Source: Patescibacteria group bacterium (GTDB taxonomy: Bacteria; Patescibacteriota; Patescibacteriia; UBA10025; JAHIVO01). From it: a stretch of DNA of 64,000 nt. The stretch lies in NCBI GenBank assembly GCA_041660605.1, contig JBAZWB010000001.1, positions 750,503-814,502 on the forward strand, written 5' to 3'. Position 1 is the first letter of the stretch. Each line of letters opens with the position of its first letter. Shown in pieces: positions 53,021 to 61,349 of this stretch. Position numbers and translations under genes: made by a program. The notes beneath the pieces were generated by a model. The model searched no databases. It was not told the DNA's origin and worked only from the letters and a program-made list of their open reading frames with translations.

Positions 53021-53406
53021 ATGTAGTCCCGCACATTATTATCACATTTGCATATAAGGGTTCCGGTCATGGGCGAAATTCTGAACTTCCCTGTCAACCA
53101 ACAGGATTTCGTCCCCCCTCCCGGAGCCCGAAAATTTATAGTTCTTATCTAACGGTCCTTTGTCCATCCCTCCCTATTCAATGTTCAACCGGAGCCTACC
53201 CCACTCCAAACATTGTTTAGGCGCTTGTGACAAAGGGCCCTTTTTTTATTGCTAAATTATTTTATATATAATATAATAAAGATATAATAGTTCATCTAAT
53301 TTTTCTTTTCCCCACAAACTGGGAGGGTGGTTGAACGTTGTAAACCAAGGACAGTTCGTTTCATTGATGCTCATCGTATCTGCAAAAAGATACTGGCTTA
53401 TATTTC

Positions 53407-53457
53407 CTCCTCCAAACTAACAGACTATTTGTTACGTTTGGGGGAGTGTTTTTTTAT
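53407..53457 (+). terminator. Rho-independent terminator (CTCCTCCAAAC...GTTTGGGGGAG + T8)
   Basis: 11-bp stem with one G:U wobble, followed by tgttttttta. Confidence 0.65.
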
Positions 53458-53545
53458 ATTTAATATTTTGGTATTATAAAAACGCTGGCAAAATCTCATT
53501 GAGCAGAATCTTTGCTGGCCTCTTTATCAGAGTACCGCCATTCAC

Positions 53546-53595
53546 CGCCAGCCAAAAGTAATTGACCGTGTCCTGGTGTGTTTGGCGGTTTTTTT
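53546..53595 (+). terminator. Candidate terminator hairpin (CCGCCAGCCAAA...TTTGGCGG + T7)
   Basis: GC-rich stem with a long loop, followed by ttttttt. Confidence 0.35.
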
Positions 53596-53762
53596 ATCCA
53601 CTTGACTGTTTTTAAGGCTGTATTAGAATTACGGCAGAACGACCATCGGCCCACGATGGTTGTTCTTTTATTTAACCTAGATAAATTAAAGAATACTGAG
53701 TTTATCGAAGTGTTATTTTTTGCTCCTTAAAAGCTTCGGGAGCATGATTTTTTAACAAATAT

Positions 53763-53790
53763 TGACTCAGCAATTACCCTATGGTATAAA
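53763..53790 (+). promoter_or_regulatory. sigma70-like promoter TTGACT-16-TATAAA with extended -10 (TGgTATAAA)
   Basis: aTTGACTcagcaattaccctaTGgTATAAAaag read directly. About 270 nt upstream of the 54031 terminator. Confidence 0.5.
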
Positions 53791-53797
53791 AAGAACG

Positions 53798-54069
53798 GCC
53801 AGTACGGATGACTGCAACATTCGTCTGAACCTAGTTAGACCCATAGTCCGGGTCGCCTGATTCGGACTATGGTAATAGTACATTATTATCTAATGATAAG
53901 CCCCCCACTCACCAATAAGCAGGTCCCGCTTTTCAAGTGCTTGTCACTTCCTCCAAAAACCAAAGCAGCCAGGACATGGGTTCTGGTAGGTCTCTATTTA
54001 TGAAGCGGCAGCACAGCCTGCTTACCTAATGGTCTGAGTCGTTACCCAAAACGACTTGGACCTTTTTTT
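53798..54069 (+). ncRNA. Candidate non-coding RNA (~270 nt) bounded by promoter 53763-53790 and terminator 54031-54069; identity unknown
   Basis: No ORF of 60 aa or more. Internal complementary segments (AAGCAGG/CCTGCTT; CCCGCTT/AAGCGG; AAGTG/CACTT). Contains AAAGCAGCCAGG reminiscent of but not matching the SRP RNA domain IV. Confidence 0.3.
54031..54069 (+). terminator. Rho-independent terminator (GGTC-tga-GTCGTT-acccaaa-AACGAC-ttg-GACC + T7) convergent on murF stop
   Basis: Two-tier stem with T7 on the plus strand only. The minus strand has an A-run before the hairpin. Confidence 0.65.
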
Positions 54070-55366
54070 ATTCCCATTCTTCGCCCTGCCGCACCAGCAG
54101 TTCTTCGGCGCGCAACGGTTCGGCCATTAACTCTTTAACGACTTTTTCCATACGCGCGCCTTGCGAGCCCTTGATCAGCAAAATATCGCCCTGCCTGATT
54201 CTTTCCTGCAGGAATTTTCCCGCCAAATCAGAAGTATCAAAGGTAAAGACGCGTTCTTCGGTCAGGCCGTTTTGTTTGGCAGCGGCGGCGGTAATTTTCG
54301 AGCGCTCACCGACTGTCACTAATACGTCAACGATTTTAGCGGCAGTTTCGCCGACCTCGCGGTGACCCTGCTCGGTGTAATGCCCCAGCTCCAGCATATC
54401 ACCCAGCACGGCGAACTTGCGGCCAGTTGTTTTAGCTTTTTCCAATACACGCAAGGCAGCTTTAGCCGCCATAGGCGAGGAGTTATACGTGTCATCAATA
54501 ATAGTCGTGCGCTTAATGCCGGCAATGAGGCGCATGCGGCCGGCCGGTGGCTGATATTTTTTTAAAGCTGCAGAAATATCCGACTGGTTTAATCCAAAAC
54601 TCAGCCCAATCGCGGCGGCAGCCAGCGCGGCGTACACCTGGTGCTCGCCAAAAACGTTCGGCAGATAAATCGGCACTGATGATCCCTGATAGATCAATTT
54701 GAAGCTCAGGCCTTTTACCTGGCCGGCAGCCCAGGGATCCTGCGCCGGACCGGTAGAGATATCCAGTTCCACGGCGCGCACCATGGCCTGCTCGGAAAAA
54801 CCAAAGGTGATTATCTGCGCCCTGGTCTTATCCCGTGCCTGCGCCACTAATGTATCGTCAATATTCAGAATGGCAAAATCATTTTTTTTCAGATGTGAAA
54901 TTATTATCTGCTTTTCCCGCACTACGCGATCCAGAGTCTCAAAAAGCTCCAGATGCACCGGACCGATGGCAGTGATTACGCCCGCTTTGCATGGCGCCAG
55001 CTTAACAAGATAGCGCAGATCACCCGGCTTATCAGCGCCCATTTCCAATACTAAAATTTCCGGATAATCTTTTTGGCGGAATAAGATCAGGCTTAAAGCA
55101 TGAAAAAAAATGCCAATCCAGGCAAAAGGGTTTTTAAAGCCCGACTCCCTGCCTAAAATTGATAATGGCACTCCCAGCTCATTATTATAATTTTTTATAT
55201 TTTTGCGTACGCGAAATTTAGCGGATAAAACCGTGTATATCGCTTCTTTGGCAGAAGTCTTGCCCACACTGCCCGTGATGCCGACAACCTGCGGCTTATA
55301 CTTTCTCAAAACCCAGCCAGCCAGTACCCGCAGTTTCCATTGTATAATTTTTTTGAAAAAATTCAT
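54068..55366 (-). CDS. murF: UDP-N-acetylmuramoyl-tripeptide--D-alanyl-D-alanine ligase
   Basis: ITGSVGKTSAKE P-loop, NYNNELGVPLSIL (MurF NNxIGVP signature), Mur ligase C-terminal domain. Confidence 0.85.
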   Translation of the reverse strand: MNFFKKIIQWKLRVLAGWVLRKYKPQVVGITGSVGKTSAKEAIYTVLSAKFRVRKNIKNYNNELGVPLSILGRESGFKNPFAWIGIFFHALSLILFRQKDYPEILVLEMGADKPGDLRYLVKLAPCKAGVITAIGPVHLELFETLDRVVREKQIIISHLKKNDFAILNIDDTLVAQARDKTRAQIITFGFSEQAMVRAVELDISTGPAQDPWAAGQVKGLSFKLIYQGSSVPIYLPNVFGEHQVYAALAAAAIGLSFGLNQSDISAALKKYQPPAGRMRLIAGIKRTTIIDDTYNSSPMAAKAALRVLEKAKTTGRKFAVLGDMLELGHYTEQGHREVGETAAKIVDVLVTVGERSKITAAAAKQNGLTEERVFTFDTSDLAGKFLQERIRQGDILLIKGSQGARMEKVVKELMAEPLRAEELLVRQGEEWE

Positions 55367-55535
55367 TATGCTTTAGTTAAATATTTCAAGGACAAATTTT
55401 GCCACTCTAAAGCTGTCATCCTGAACTTGTTTCAGGATCTAGATTTAAGTCGAGATTCCGGATCAAGTCCGGAATGACAGAAGTAAAAAGCACAAATTTG
55501 TCCTTAAAGTATTAATTAGCCAACGTAAATCCCCC

Positions 55536-57290
55536 CTACTTCACCACCTCTTCCGCCGGCGGTATCCCATAATAGTTTAGCATAAACTGGGCCAGCTGAC
55601 CGAACAGCGGCGCGGCTGAACTTTCCGCCCACTGCACGTCCCGCGGCCGGTCAATCCTGACGCACATGACAAATGAAGGGTTATCAACCGGCGCGAACCC
55701 GCAAAAAGTCCCGATTGTGACGTTTGGATCGTAGCCCGGCCCGTTTTCATTGGGTACCTGGGCAGTACCGGTTTTGCCAGCGACGAAATAACCCGGCACG
55801 CCGGCTTTCTGTCCGTGGCCGTTGCGCACTACGTTGACGAGCATAGCGCCCAGGGTAGTGGAGGTTTTTTGGGAAATTACGTCACGGATTATTTTTGGCT
55901 CAGTATTTATTTTATAGCCGTCCGGCTTGATTACCTGGTCAACTACGTACGGCTGCATCAGCTTGCCGCCATTGGCTATGACGCCGAAAGCGTTTGTCAT
56001 CTGCAGTAAGGAAACCGATATGCCCTGGCCAAAAGACCCGGTCGCCATATACAGTTCCTTATGCGCGGCCAGCGAGGAAACGTCTCCTTGCGCTTCGGAA
56101 TTCAGCTCCAAGCCGTACTTCTGTCCGAACCCGAATTTTTTTACGTATTCCTCGAATTTTTCCGGACCGATGCTGCGCGCGGCATAAATTGCTCCGGTAT
56201 TCAGGGATTTTTCCAATACTTCGGTCATAGTCTGGATGCCATTGGCTTTGCCGTCAGAATTTTTAATGGTATATTTGCCGATTTCCACGTTGCCGGTGTC
56301 TTCATAAGTAGAAGAGGGGGTAACCGCGCCCTGGTCCAGCGCCGCCGCCATGGTAATGGCTTTGAAAACCGAGCCTGGTTCGTAAATATAATATGTAGAA
56401 GGATTTAAATATACATTAATGTCCTCCACTTCATTATATTTATTCGGATCAAAATCAGGCGAACCGCACATCGCAGTAATCGCTCCGGTTTGGGGTTTCA
56501 TGATGATGACCGACCCGCCGTCCGCGCCGTGCTTCTGGACCGCCTCGTTCAACTGCTTGCAGGCTTCATATTGTATAGTGTGATCAATGGATAAAACCAG
56601 ATCATCACCGTCCTTCGCTTCCTGGAGGAGCTTGGTACCAAAAGTTATCCAGCGGCCCTGGGCGTCCTTTTCCGCTTGCAGAAATCCCGGCTCCCCGGCC
56701 AGTTCTTTCTCCCAATACTCCTCCAGACCATACTGGCCAACCTGCTTGTCACCGCTGATGCCCACAAATCCGAGCAGCTGGGAACCTAAATTATTTTCCG
56801 GATAATAGCGGTATAGCTCTTCCTGCCATTTGATGCCGGCCAGGTTCAGTTTGGAAATCTCCTGCATTTTTTCCTCGGTCACCTGGTGTTTCAGCGGCTC
56901 ATATAAATCATTGGGTTTTTTCAACCGCGGTAGGATTTCCTCTTCTTTTACTTCCAGGAGAGGTGCCAGTGTTTTAGCCGCCCCATCGGCGTCTGTCACC
57001 ATCTTCGGTTCCGCATAAATGAGATAATAAGCCTTATTTATGGCCAGCGGAAAGAGCTTATTTGGGTCATCCCTGTCTTTGACAAATATTTCCCCGCGCT
57101 TAGGAAAAAGCTTTTCTGACAGGCTATGCTGATCAGCAGCCAGCGCCTCATAAAAGCCATGCTGGAAGATCTGAATATCGGCCAACCGGACTATTATCAG
57201 GCCGGCAAATAAAAAAATAACCGCACGTAAATAATCAATGCGGTCAAGCTTCTTGCTTTCTTTCTGGTATCTTGTTTTTCTCCTGACCAT
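55536..57290 (-). CDS. ftsI: Penicillin-binding protein (class B transpeptidase, FtsI/PBP2-like)
   Basis: N-terminal TM anchor, dimerisation domain, transpeptidase motifs (SxxK region ...GSVFK, SxN SLN, KTGT KTGTAQ). Confidence 0.85.
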   Translation of the reverse strand: MVRRKTRYQKESKKLDRIDYLRAVIFLFAGLIIVRLADIQIFQHGFYEALAADQHSLSEKLFPKRGEIFVKDRDDPNKLFPLAINKAYYLIYAEPKMVTDADGAAKTLAPLLEVKEEEILPRLKKPNDLYEPLKHQVTEEKMQEISKLNLAGIKWQEELYRYYPENNLGSQLLGFVGISGDKQVGQYGLEEYWEKELAGEPGFLQAEKDAQGRWITFGTKLLQEAKDGDDLVLSIDHTIQYEACKQLNEAVQKHGADGGSVIIMKPQTGAITAMCGSPDFDPNKYNEVEDINVYLNPSTYYIYEPGSVFKAITMAAALDQGAVTPSSTYEDTGNVEIGKYTIKNSDGKANGIQTMTEVLEKSLNTGAIYAARSIGPEKFEEYVKKFGFGQKYGLELNSEAQGDVSSLAAHKELYMATGSFGQGISVSLLQMTNAFGVIANGGKLMQPYVVDQVIKPDGYKINTEPKIIRDVISQKTSTTLGAMLVNVVRNGHGQKAGVPGYFVAGKTGTAQVPNENGPGYDPNVTIGTFCGFAPVDNPSFVMCVRIDRPRDVQWAESSAAPLFGQLAQFMLNYYGIPPAEEVVK

Positions 57291-57351
57291 AGGAAGATTG
57301 ACTAATTTTGCTTTATTTTACCAATATATCCCCTATTGATCAATGTTAAAA

Positions 57352-57711
57352 TTAACGGGAAGCCACACTGGTACCGGCCGCCGGTAAATATTCTATCCGG
57401 GTAGTCGCCACCATGTTTAATTCCTGGCCGGCGCGCTCTATTGAAGTCATGGAGCGCAGTTCCGCCGTTTTTATAGTCAGGCTTTTATTTTCTTTCTGCA
57501 ATTCAGCAATCGAAATTTCCAGTCCTTTCATGTCAAAACCGCCGGTCGCGGTCCGGTTTATATAGTATAAATAGGAAAAACCCACGCAAACAATCAAAAT
57601 CAGCAGTATGACATTCAGACTCATCCGGTTGATGGTCAGCCTGACCTTGGCTTTATTGCCCAAATGCATTTCTTTTTCGGAATTGTATTTTTTTACTAGA
57701 AATCGGGTCAT
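57352..57711 (-). CDS. ftsL: Cell-division protein FtsL-like (single TM plus coiled coil)
   Basis: Position between rsmH and ftsI. TM helix LNVILLILIVCVGFSYLYY followed by coiled-coil-like IAELQKENKSLTIKTAEL. Confidence 0.5.
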   Translation of the reverse strand: MTRFLVKKYNSEKEMHLGNKAKVRLTINRMSLNVILLILIVCVGFSYLYYINRTATGGFDMKGLEISIAELQKENKSLTIKTAELRSMTSIERAGQELNMVATTRIEYLPAAGTSVASR

Positions 57712-57724
57712 TTACTTTTTTATT

Positions 57725-58687
57725 TTATTTCTTGGCCGCTACTCGCAACAGAGCGCTGCGGGATCGCGGATTTTGTTTTATTTCCGCTATCGAAGGCTTA
57801 ATAGGCTTTTTAGTAATTAATTTTATTGAAGCTTTGTGTCCGCACTGGCAGACCGGAGCGGTTGGCGGGCAGATGCAGTCTCGCGATTCCCGACGGAAAT
57901 GATCTTTGACAATTTTATCTTCCAGCGAGTGGAAGCTGATGACCGCCAATCTGGCGCCGGTAGGCAAAATCTCTATCATCTGTGGCAAAGCTTTTCCCAG
58001 GTGGCCGAGCTCGTCATTGACGGCCAGCCTCAGTGCCTGGAATGTCTTGGTGGCAGGATGTCGGCCGCCAACCCAGGGAATTTCTTTTTTACTTTTTAAT
58101 ATATTTCTGAAGGCCAGGAGTACGGCCTCGGTCAGAGCTTTTGTTTTTGTTATTCTTTGTTGGCGTCGGGAATTCACGATTTGCCGTGAAATCTCGTACG
58201 CCATTTTATATGGCTCTTGGCCATACTCCTGGATAACCTTTGATAATTTTTCAAGCGGCCAGGTGTTGACTATCTCTTCCGCGGTTAATGATTGCCGTTT
58301 ATCAAACCGCATATCCAGCGGCCCGTCTATTTGAAAGGAAAATCCTCGATGTTGATCTTCGAGCTCAAAAGATGATAACCCAAGGTCAAGTAAAATACCA
58401 TTAATTTTATAAATGCTGAAGTGTTCATTTTGTATTTGTTTTATTTTCGAGAAATTTTCCTGAACAAAGGTAATTCTCGCTTTATATTTATTTAATAATT
58501 CTTTATTTCTTGCAAATGCTTCCTCATCCAGGTCAATGGCCAGCAATTTGCCGTCAGGCGAGGTTTTTTCCAATATCGCCTGCGCGTGCCCGCCGCCGCC
58601 GAACGTGCCGTCAATGAAATTTTGTCCAGGCTGGGGATTTAGATATTTAACAACTTCATCTAAAAGTACAGGTATGTGTTTCGCCAT
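57725..58687 (-). CDS. rsmH: 16S rRNA (cytosine1402-N4)-methyltransferase
   Basis: HIPVLLDEVV ... DGTFGGGGH SAM-binding motifs. Confidence 0.9.
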   Translation of the reverse strand: MAKHIPVLLDEVVKYLNPQPGQNFIDGTFGGGGHAQAILEKTSPDGKLLAIDLDEEAFARNKELLNKYKARITFVQENFSKIKQIQNEHFSIYKINGILLDLGLSSFELEDQHRGFSFQIDGPLDMRFDKRQSLTAEEIVNTWPLEKLSKVIQEYGQEPYKMAYEISRQIVNSRRQQRITKTKALTEAVLLAFRNILKSKKEIPWVGGRHPATKTFQALRLAVNDELGHLGKALPQMIEILPTGARLAVISFHSLEDKIVKDHFRRESRDCICPPTAPVCQCGHKASIKLITKKPIKPSIAEIKQNPRSRSALLRVAAKK

Positions 58688-58870
58688 AAATTCGAAATTC
58701 TAATATCGAAATCCTAAACAATATCGAATGTTCCAATGTATTAAATTCAAAACTGATTTAAAACACTTGAATTTAATATTTTGAATTTGTTTCGTGCTTC
58801 GAAATTCGAATTTCGTGCTTATTTATTAACTTTAATGAACGTAAAGTCACCGAACTAACCAAACAATTTA

Positions 58871-59302
58871 CTAAACGCCAAGATCATCCAACGCCTCAGC
58901 GATATCGCTCCCTCTCTTTTCCGTACCTTCCTTATATTTACTCCAGGCCGCCTCATCCCATATTTCCAAACGGTTATATAATCCGGCAATCACTACCTTC
59001 TTTTTTATAGTGGCATATTTGCGTAAATAATCAGGCAGAATAATTCTCCCCTGCCGGTCTATTTCGCAATCCATGGCGCCGGCCAGCATCAGCCTGGCAA
59101 AAGCCCGGGTATTGGCTTTAGAGATTGGCAGCTTGGAAAGCTTGTCAGCCAATGTCTCCCAATCTTTTTGGGGATAAAGAAAAAGACAGTTATCCAGACC
59201 GCGTGTGACAACCGCGCCTTTAGCCAATTCGTTGCGGAATTTTATGGGTACGGCTAATCTCCCCTTTTCATCAATAGAATGATTGTATTCGCCTATAAAC
59301 AT
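58871..59302 (-). CDS. mraZ: Transcriptional regulator MraZ
   Basis: MFIGEYNHSIDEKGRLAVP and a second repeat ...DRQGRIILP. Two MraZ/SpoVT-AbrB repeats. Start trimmed from the ORF-track GTG (59350) to ATG 59302. Confidence 0.85.
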   Translation of the reverse strand: MFIGEYNHSIDEKGRLAVPIKFRNELAKGAVVTRGLDNCLFLYPQKDWETLADKLSKLPISKANTRAFARLMLAGAMDCEIDRQGRIILPDYLRKYATIKKKVVIAGLYNRLEIWDEAAWSKYKEGTEKRGSDIAEALDDLGV

Positions 59303-59340
59303 TGAGTGCTTTTGAATAATATAAGTAAACAAATCCAGTG

Positions 59341-59387
59341 GCTTATCCACAGTTGAGGGTACTTATCCCCACATTTATCCACTTTTC
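59341..59387 (-). promoter_or_regulatory. Array of GTGG(A/G)TAA-type direct repeats at about 10.5-bp spacing in the mraZ 5' UTR (candidate MraZ operator)
   Basis: Minus strand reads GAAAAGTGGATAAATGTGGGGATAAGTACCCTCAACTGTGGATAAGC, just downstream of the -10 at 59401-59406. Confidence 0.5.
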
Positions 59388-59400
59388 ACCCTACTACTCC

Positions 59401-59429
59401 ATTTTACACCACTTTTATTGAATCGTCAA
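59401..59429 (-). promoter_or_regulatory. Candidate Pmra promoter (minus strand TTGACG-17-TAAAAT)
   Basis: Plus-strand cgtcaa at 59424-59429 and atttta at 59401-59406, with a 17-nt spacer. Confidence 0.5.
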
Positions 59430-59668
59430 CCACTTTCCTACCAGAAAAAATTAACCGGCAAATGTCAATAGACGGATTTATACATATAGTATGATTTATT
59501 TTTTCTGCACTACTATATGTAGATAAAGAGAATTAGCGATCCAAAATAATGTAAATTAATAAAATTTTAATAAACAAAAACCTACTATATTAATTGGTAG
59601 GTTTTAAATATTATCTAATTATCCTAATAATACTGGGGTTTAAAACGCTATGTGGATAACCTTTCTTT

Positions 59669-59755
59669 ACCCCGTTAGAAAATATTTTTTTGATTTTTAA
59701 TAATGATTATTTTTAGGCAAATATTAGCCGTTTTTAGTTATTTTTCTAACGGGGT
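59669..59755. other. Long-range perfect 14-bp inverted repeat ACCCCGTTAGAAAA...(59 nt)...TTTTCTAACGGGGT
   Basis: Read directly. The 3' arm abuts the TTGACT -35 of the promoter at 59755. Confidence 0.6.
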
Positions 59756-59783
59756 TGACTTTCGGTTTTTCTTCGGCTATAAT
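59755..59783 (+). promoter_or_regulatory. Consensus-like sigma70 promoter TTGACT-17-TATAAT whose spacer is the 16-mer TTCGGTTTTTCTTCGG; fires antisense into the 59788..60582 gene
   Basis: Read directly. The same 16-mer recurs upstream of dinB (61292-61307). Confidence 0.5.
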
Positions 59784-59787
59784 TAAA

Positions 59788-60582
59788 CTATCTTATTATA
59801 TGGCTAAAAACACCAACAATTACGGATATTATTCCCATAATCGCTAAACTAATAGCGGCGAACATTATTCCATAAGATAAGAATATAGCAGTTAATAATA
59901 CCGGGTATGTCAGCCATTGGATTATCGCCCAGGTAATATGCGCGGCTAGCCATTGGTCAATCAGATATATCAGGAAAAATATCACCGCCAAGCCAATTAA
60001 ACCAAAATATGTGTGCTTCAGATCTTCCTTTGAAGGCGCCGCATGAGAACTCAGGCTAAGCATCAGATAGATGAATAAATATGTCTGCCAGGAGGAGAAA
60101 TTAAATTGCTTGATCAAATCTTGAACATTTATAATATATTGCCTGAAATAATCCCAGGTAAAAGAAAAGAAATTTTGATAGGAAGAAAAATCGCTTAGTA
60201 TTTTTTTCAGGCCATCTAGATTACTGAAATAAAAATCCGGCAATAAAAACCTGGTCAGCAGCCAGATGACCGCGGTAGCGCCAAATAAAGGGGCAATGGA
60301 AATAATTATACTTTTAAGCGGATTTCTGGTTTGCTCATGCTGGACCATTCCCAGCGTTCCTCCCTGCGGATAAAAAAGCTGCACTTTGTAAACACGGGTA
60401 AAAGTCAGCAGACAGCCAACCAGATGTGAAAGCTCATGTATCATCACACCCGGCCACATGGTCGCCAGATACCATCCCCTGCCCAGACGCCGTAGCACCA
60501 GCCTATCCACCGCCTGTGAGAGAAAATACAAAATCAGTATTTGCAGCAGTAACGGAAGAAATAAATTTATAACCTGTACCAT
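59788..60582 (-). CDS. Polytopic membrane protein with HExxH motif (putative membrane zinc metalloprotease-like)
   Basis: MIHELSHLVG inside or adjacent to a TM helix. About 6 TM. Divergent from lexA. Confidence 0.5.
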   Translation of the reverse strand: MVQVINLFLPLLLQILILYFLSQAVDRLVLRRLGRGWYLATMWPGVMIHELSHLVGCLLTFTRVYKVQLFYPQGGTLGMVQHEQTRNPLKSIIISIAPLFGATAVIWLLTRFLLPDFYFSNLDGLKKILSDFSSYQNFFSFTWDYFRQYIINVQDLIKQFNFSSWQTYLFIYLMLSLSSHAAPSKEDLKHTYFGLIGLAVIFFLIYLIDQWLAAHITWAIIQWLTYPVLLTAIFLSYGIMFAAISLAIMGIISVIVGVFSHIIR

Positions 60583-60634
60583 ACTTTGAAAAATAAATTA
60601 TCTACATTATTCATTATACATTATTAATTATTTA

Positions 60635-61258
60635 TTGATAGATATGACCAAGATACTTCCCAATAAAAAGCAAAAGATCCTTAGATTCCTAAAAGACTAC
60701 ATTTCCCAAAACGGCTATGCTCCGACTTTGACAGAGATAGCCAAAGAATTCAAAGTCTCCTCGCTGGCCACGGTTCATGAGCATTTGCAATTCCTGGAAG
60801 AACACGGTTTTATCAGGCGTGATAAGGACCAGACTCGTGGTATCACCATTTCCGAGATGGAAAAAGAAGAAGAGCAGGAAACCGCTATCCTCTTGCCGCT
60901 AGTCGGCACCATTACTGCCGGTGCGCCGATTGAAGCTATTGAGAATCGCGAATTGGAAATTCCCGTTCCTATGGAAATGGTAAAAAATAAAAATGCCTAC
61001 ATCCTGAAGGTCAAAGGCGATTCTATGATTGAAAGCCTGATTTCCGATGGCGATCTGGTTATCTGCGAAAAAACCGAATACGCCAAAGACGGCGATACCG
61101 TAGTTGCCCTGCTGGAAGACGGTACTGCCACTCTGAAAAAATTCTTCAAAACCAAGAACTTCATCCGCTTGCAGCCGGCGAATAAAAAATACAAGCCTCT
61201 GTACACGCAAAATGTCATTGTGCAGGGAAAGGTGCTGGGTATTATCAGAAAATTTTAA
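60635..61258 (+). CDS. lexA: LexA repressor (wHTH plus S24 peptidase)
   Basis: N-terminal HTH (LTEIAKEFKVSSLATVHEHLQFLEEHGFI), A-G-like cleavage region, catalytic VKGDSM ... K (Ser/Lys dyad). Confidence 0.85.
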   Translation: MIDMTKILPNKKQKILRFLKDYISQNGYAPTLTEIAKEFKVSSLATVHEHLQFLEEHGFIRRDKDQTRGITISEMEKEEEQETAILLPLVGTITAGAPIEAIENRELEIPVPMEMVKNKNAYILKVKGDSMIESLISDGDLVICEKTEYAKDGDTVVALLEDGTATLKKFFKTKNFIRLQPANKKYKPLYTQNVIVQGKVLGIIRKF

Positions 61259-61291
61259 CTGCCTATATATCTTTGATTAATCTTTTTTTAT

Positions 61292-61307
61292 ACTTAATAT
61301 CTTCGGT
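61292..61307 (+). promoter_or_regulatory. 16-mer TTCGGTTTTTCTTCGG (direct repeat TTCGG-N6-TTCGG) about 40 nt upstream of dinB; candidate SOS/LexA-type operator
   Basis: Exact 16/16 match to 59761-59776. Followed by TTAATA (-10-like). Confidence 0.45.
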
Positions 61308-61349
61308 TTTTCTTCGGTTAATACAACTTTATTATTTAATATAATTAAT

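Noticed and set aside
52856-54067. RNase P RNA or tmRNA in the ORF-free region
   Set aside because: I could not find the P4 helix strands (AGGAAAGUCCGGGCUCC / ACAGAAnCCGGCUUA) nor the tmRNA tRNA-like 3' end (GGUUCGAnUCC...CCA) on either strand.
53798-54069. Signal recognition particle (4.5S/long SRP) RNA
   Set aside because: AAAGCAGCCAGG and a preceding CAGGUCC resemble domain IV fragments. But they are about 40 nt apart with no GNRA tetraloop helix 8 between them. I kept it as an unidentified candidate ncRNA only.
52958-59661. DnaA boxes (TGTGGATAA at 52958-52968 and 59651-59661; TTATCCCCA/TTATCCACT near 59360) as an oriC
   Set aside because: There is no dnaA/dnaN nearby. The boxes sit exactly in the mraZ leader and are phased about 10.5 bp apart like MraZ-binding repeats. 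An oriC call would need a GC-skew switch, which cannot be assessed from one window.
59800-59847. 15-codon ORF MAKNTNNYGYYSHNR as a real SOS-induced toxic peptide
   Set aside because: It is not hydrophobic like TisB/DinQ-type peptides and is too short to assess. It is mentioned only as part of the antisense-promoter observation.
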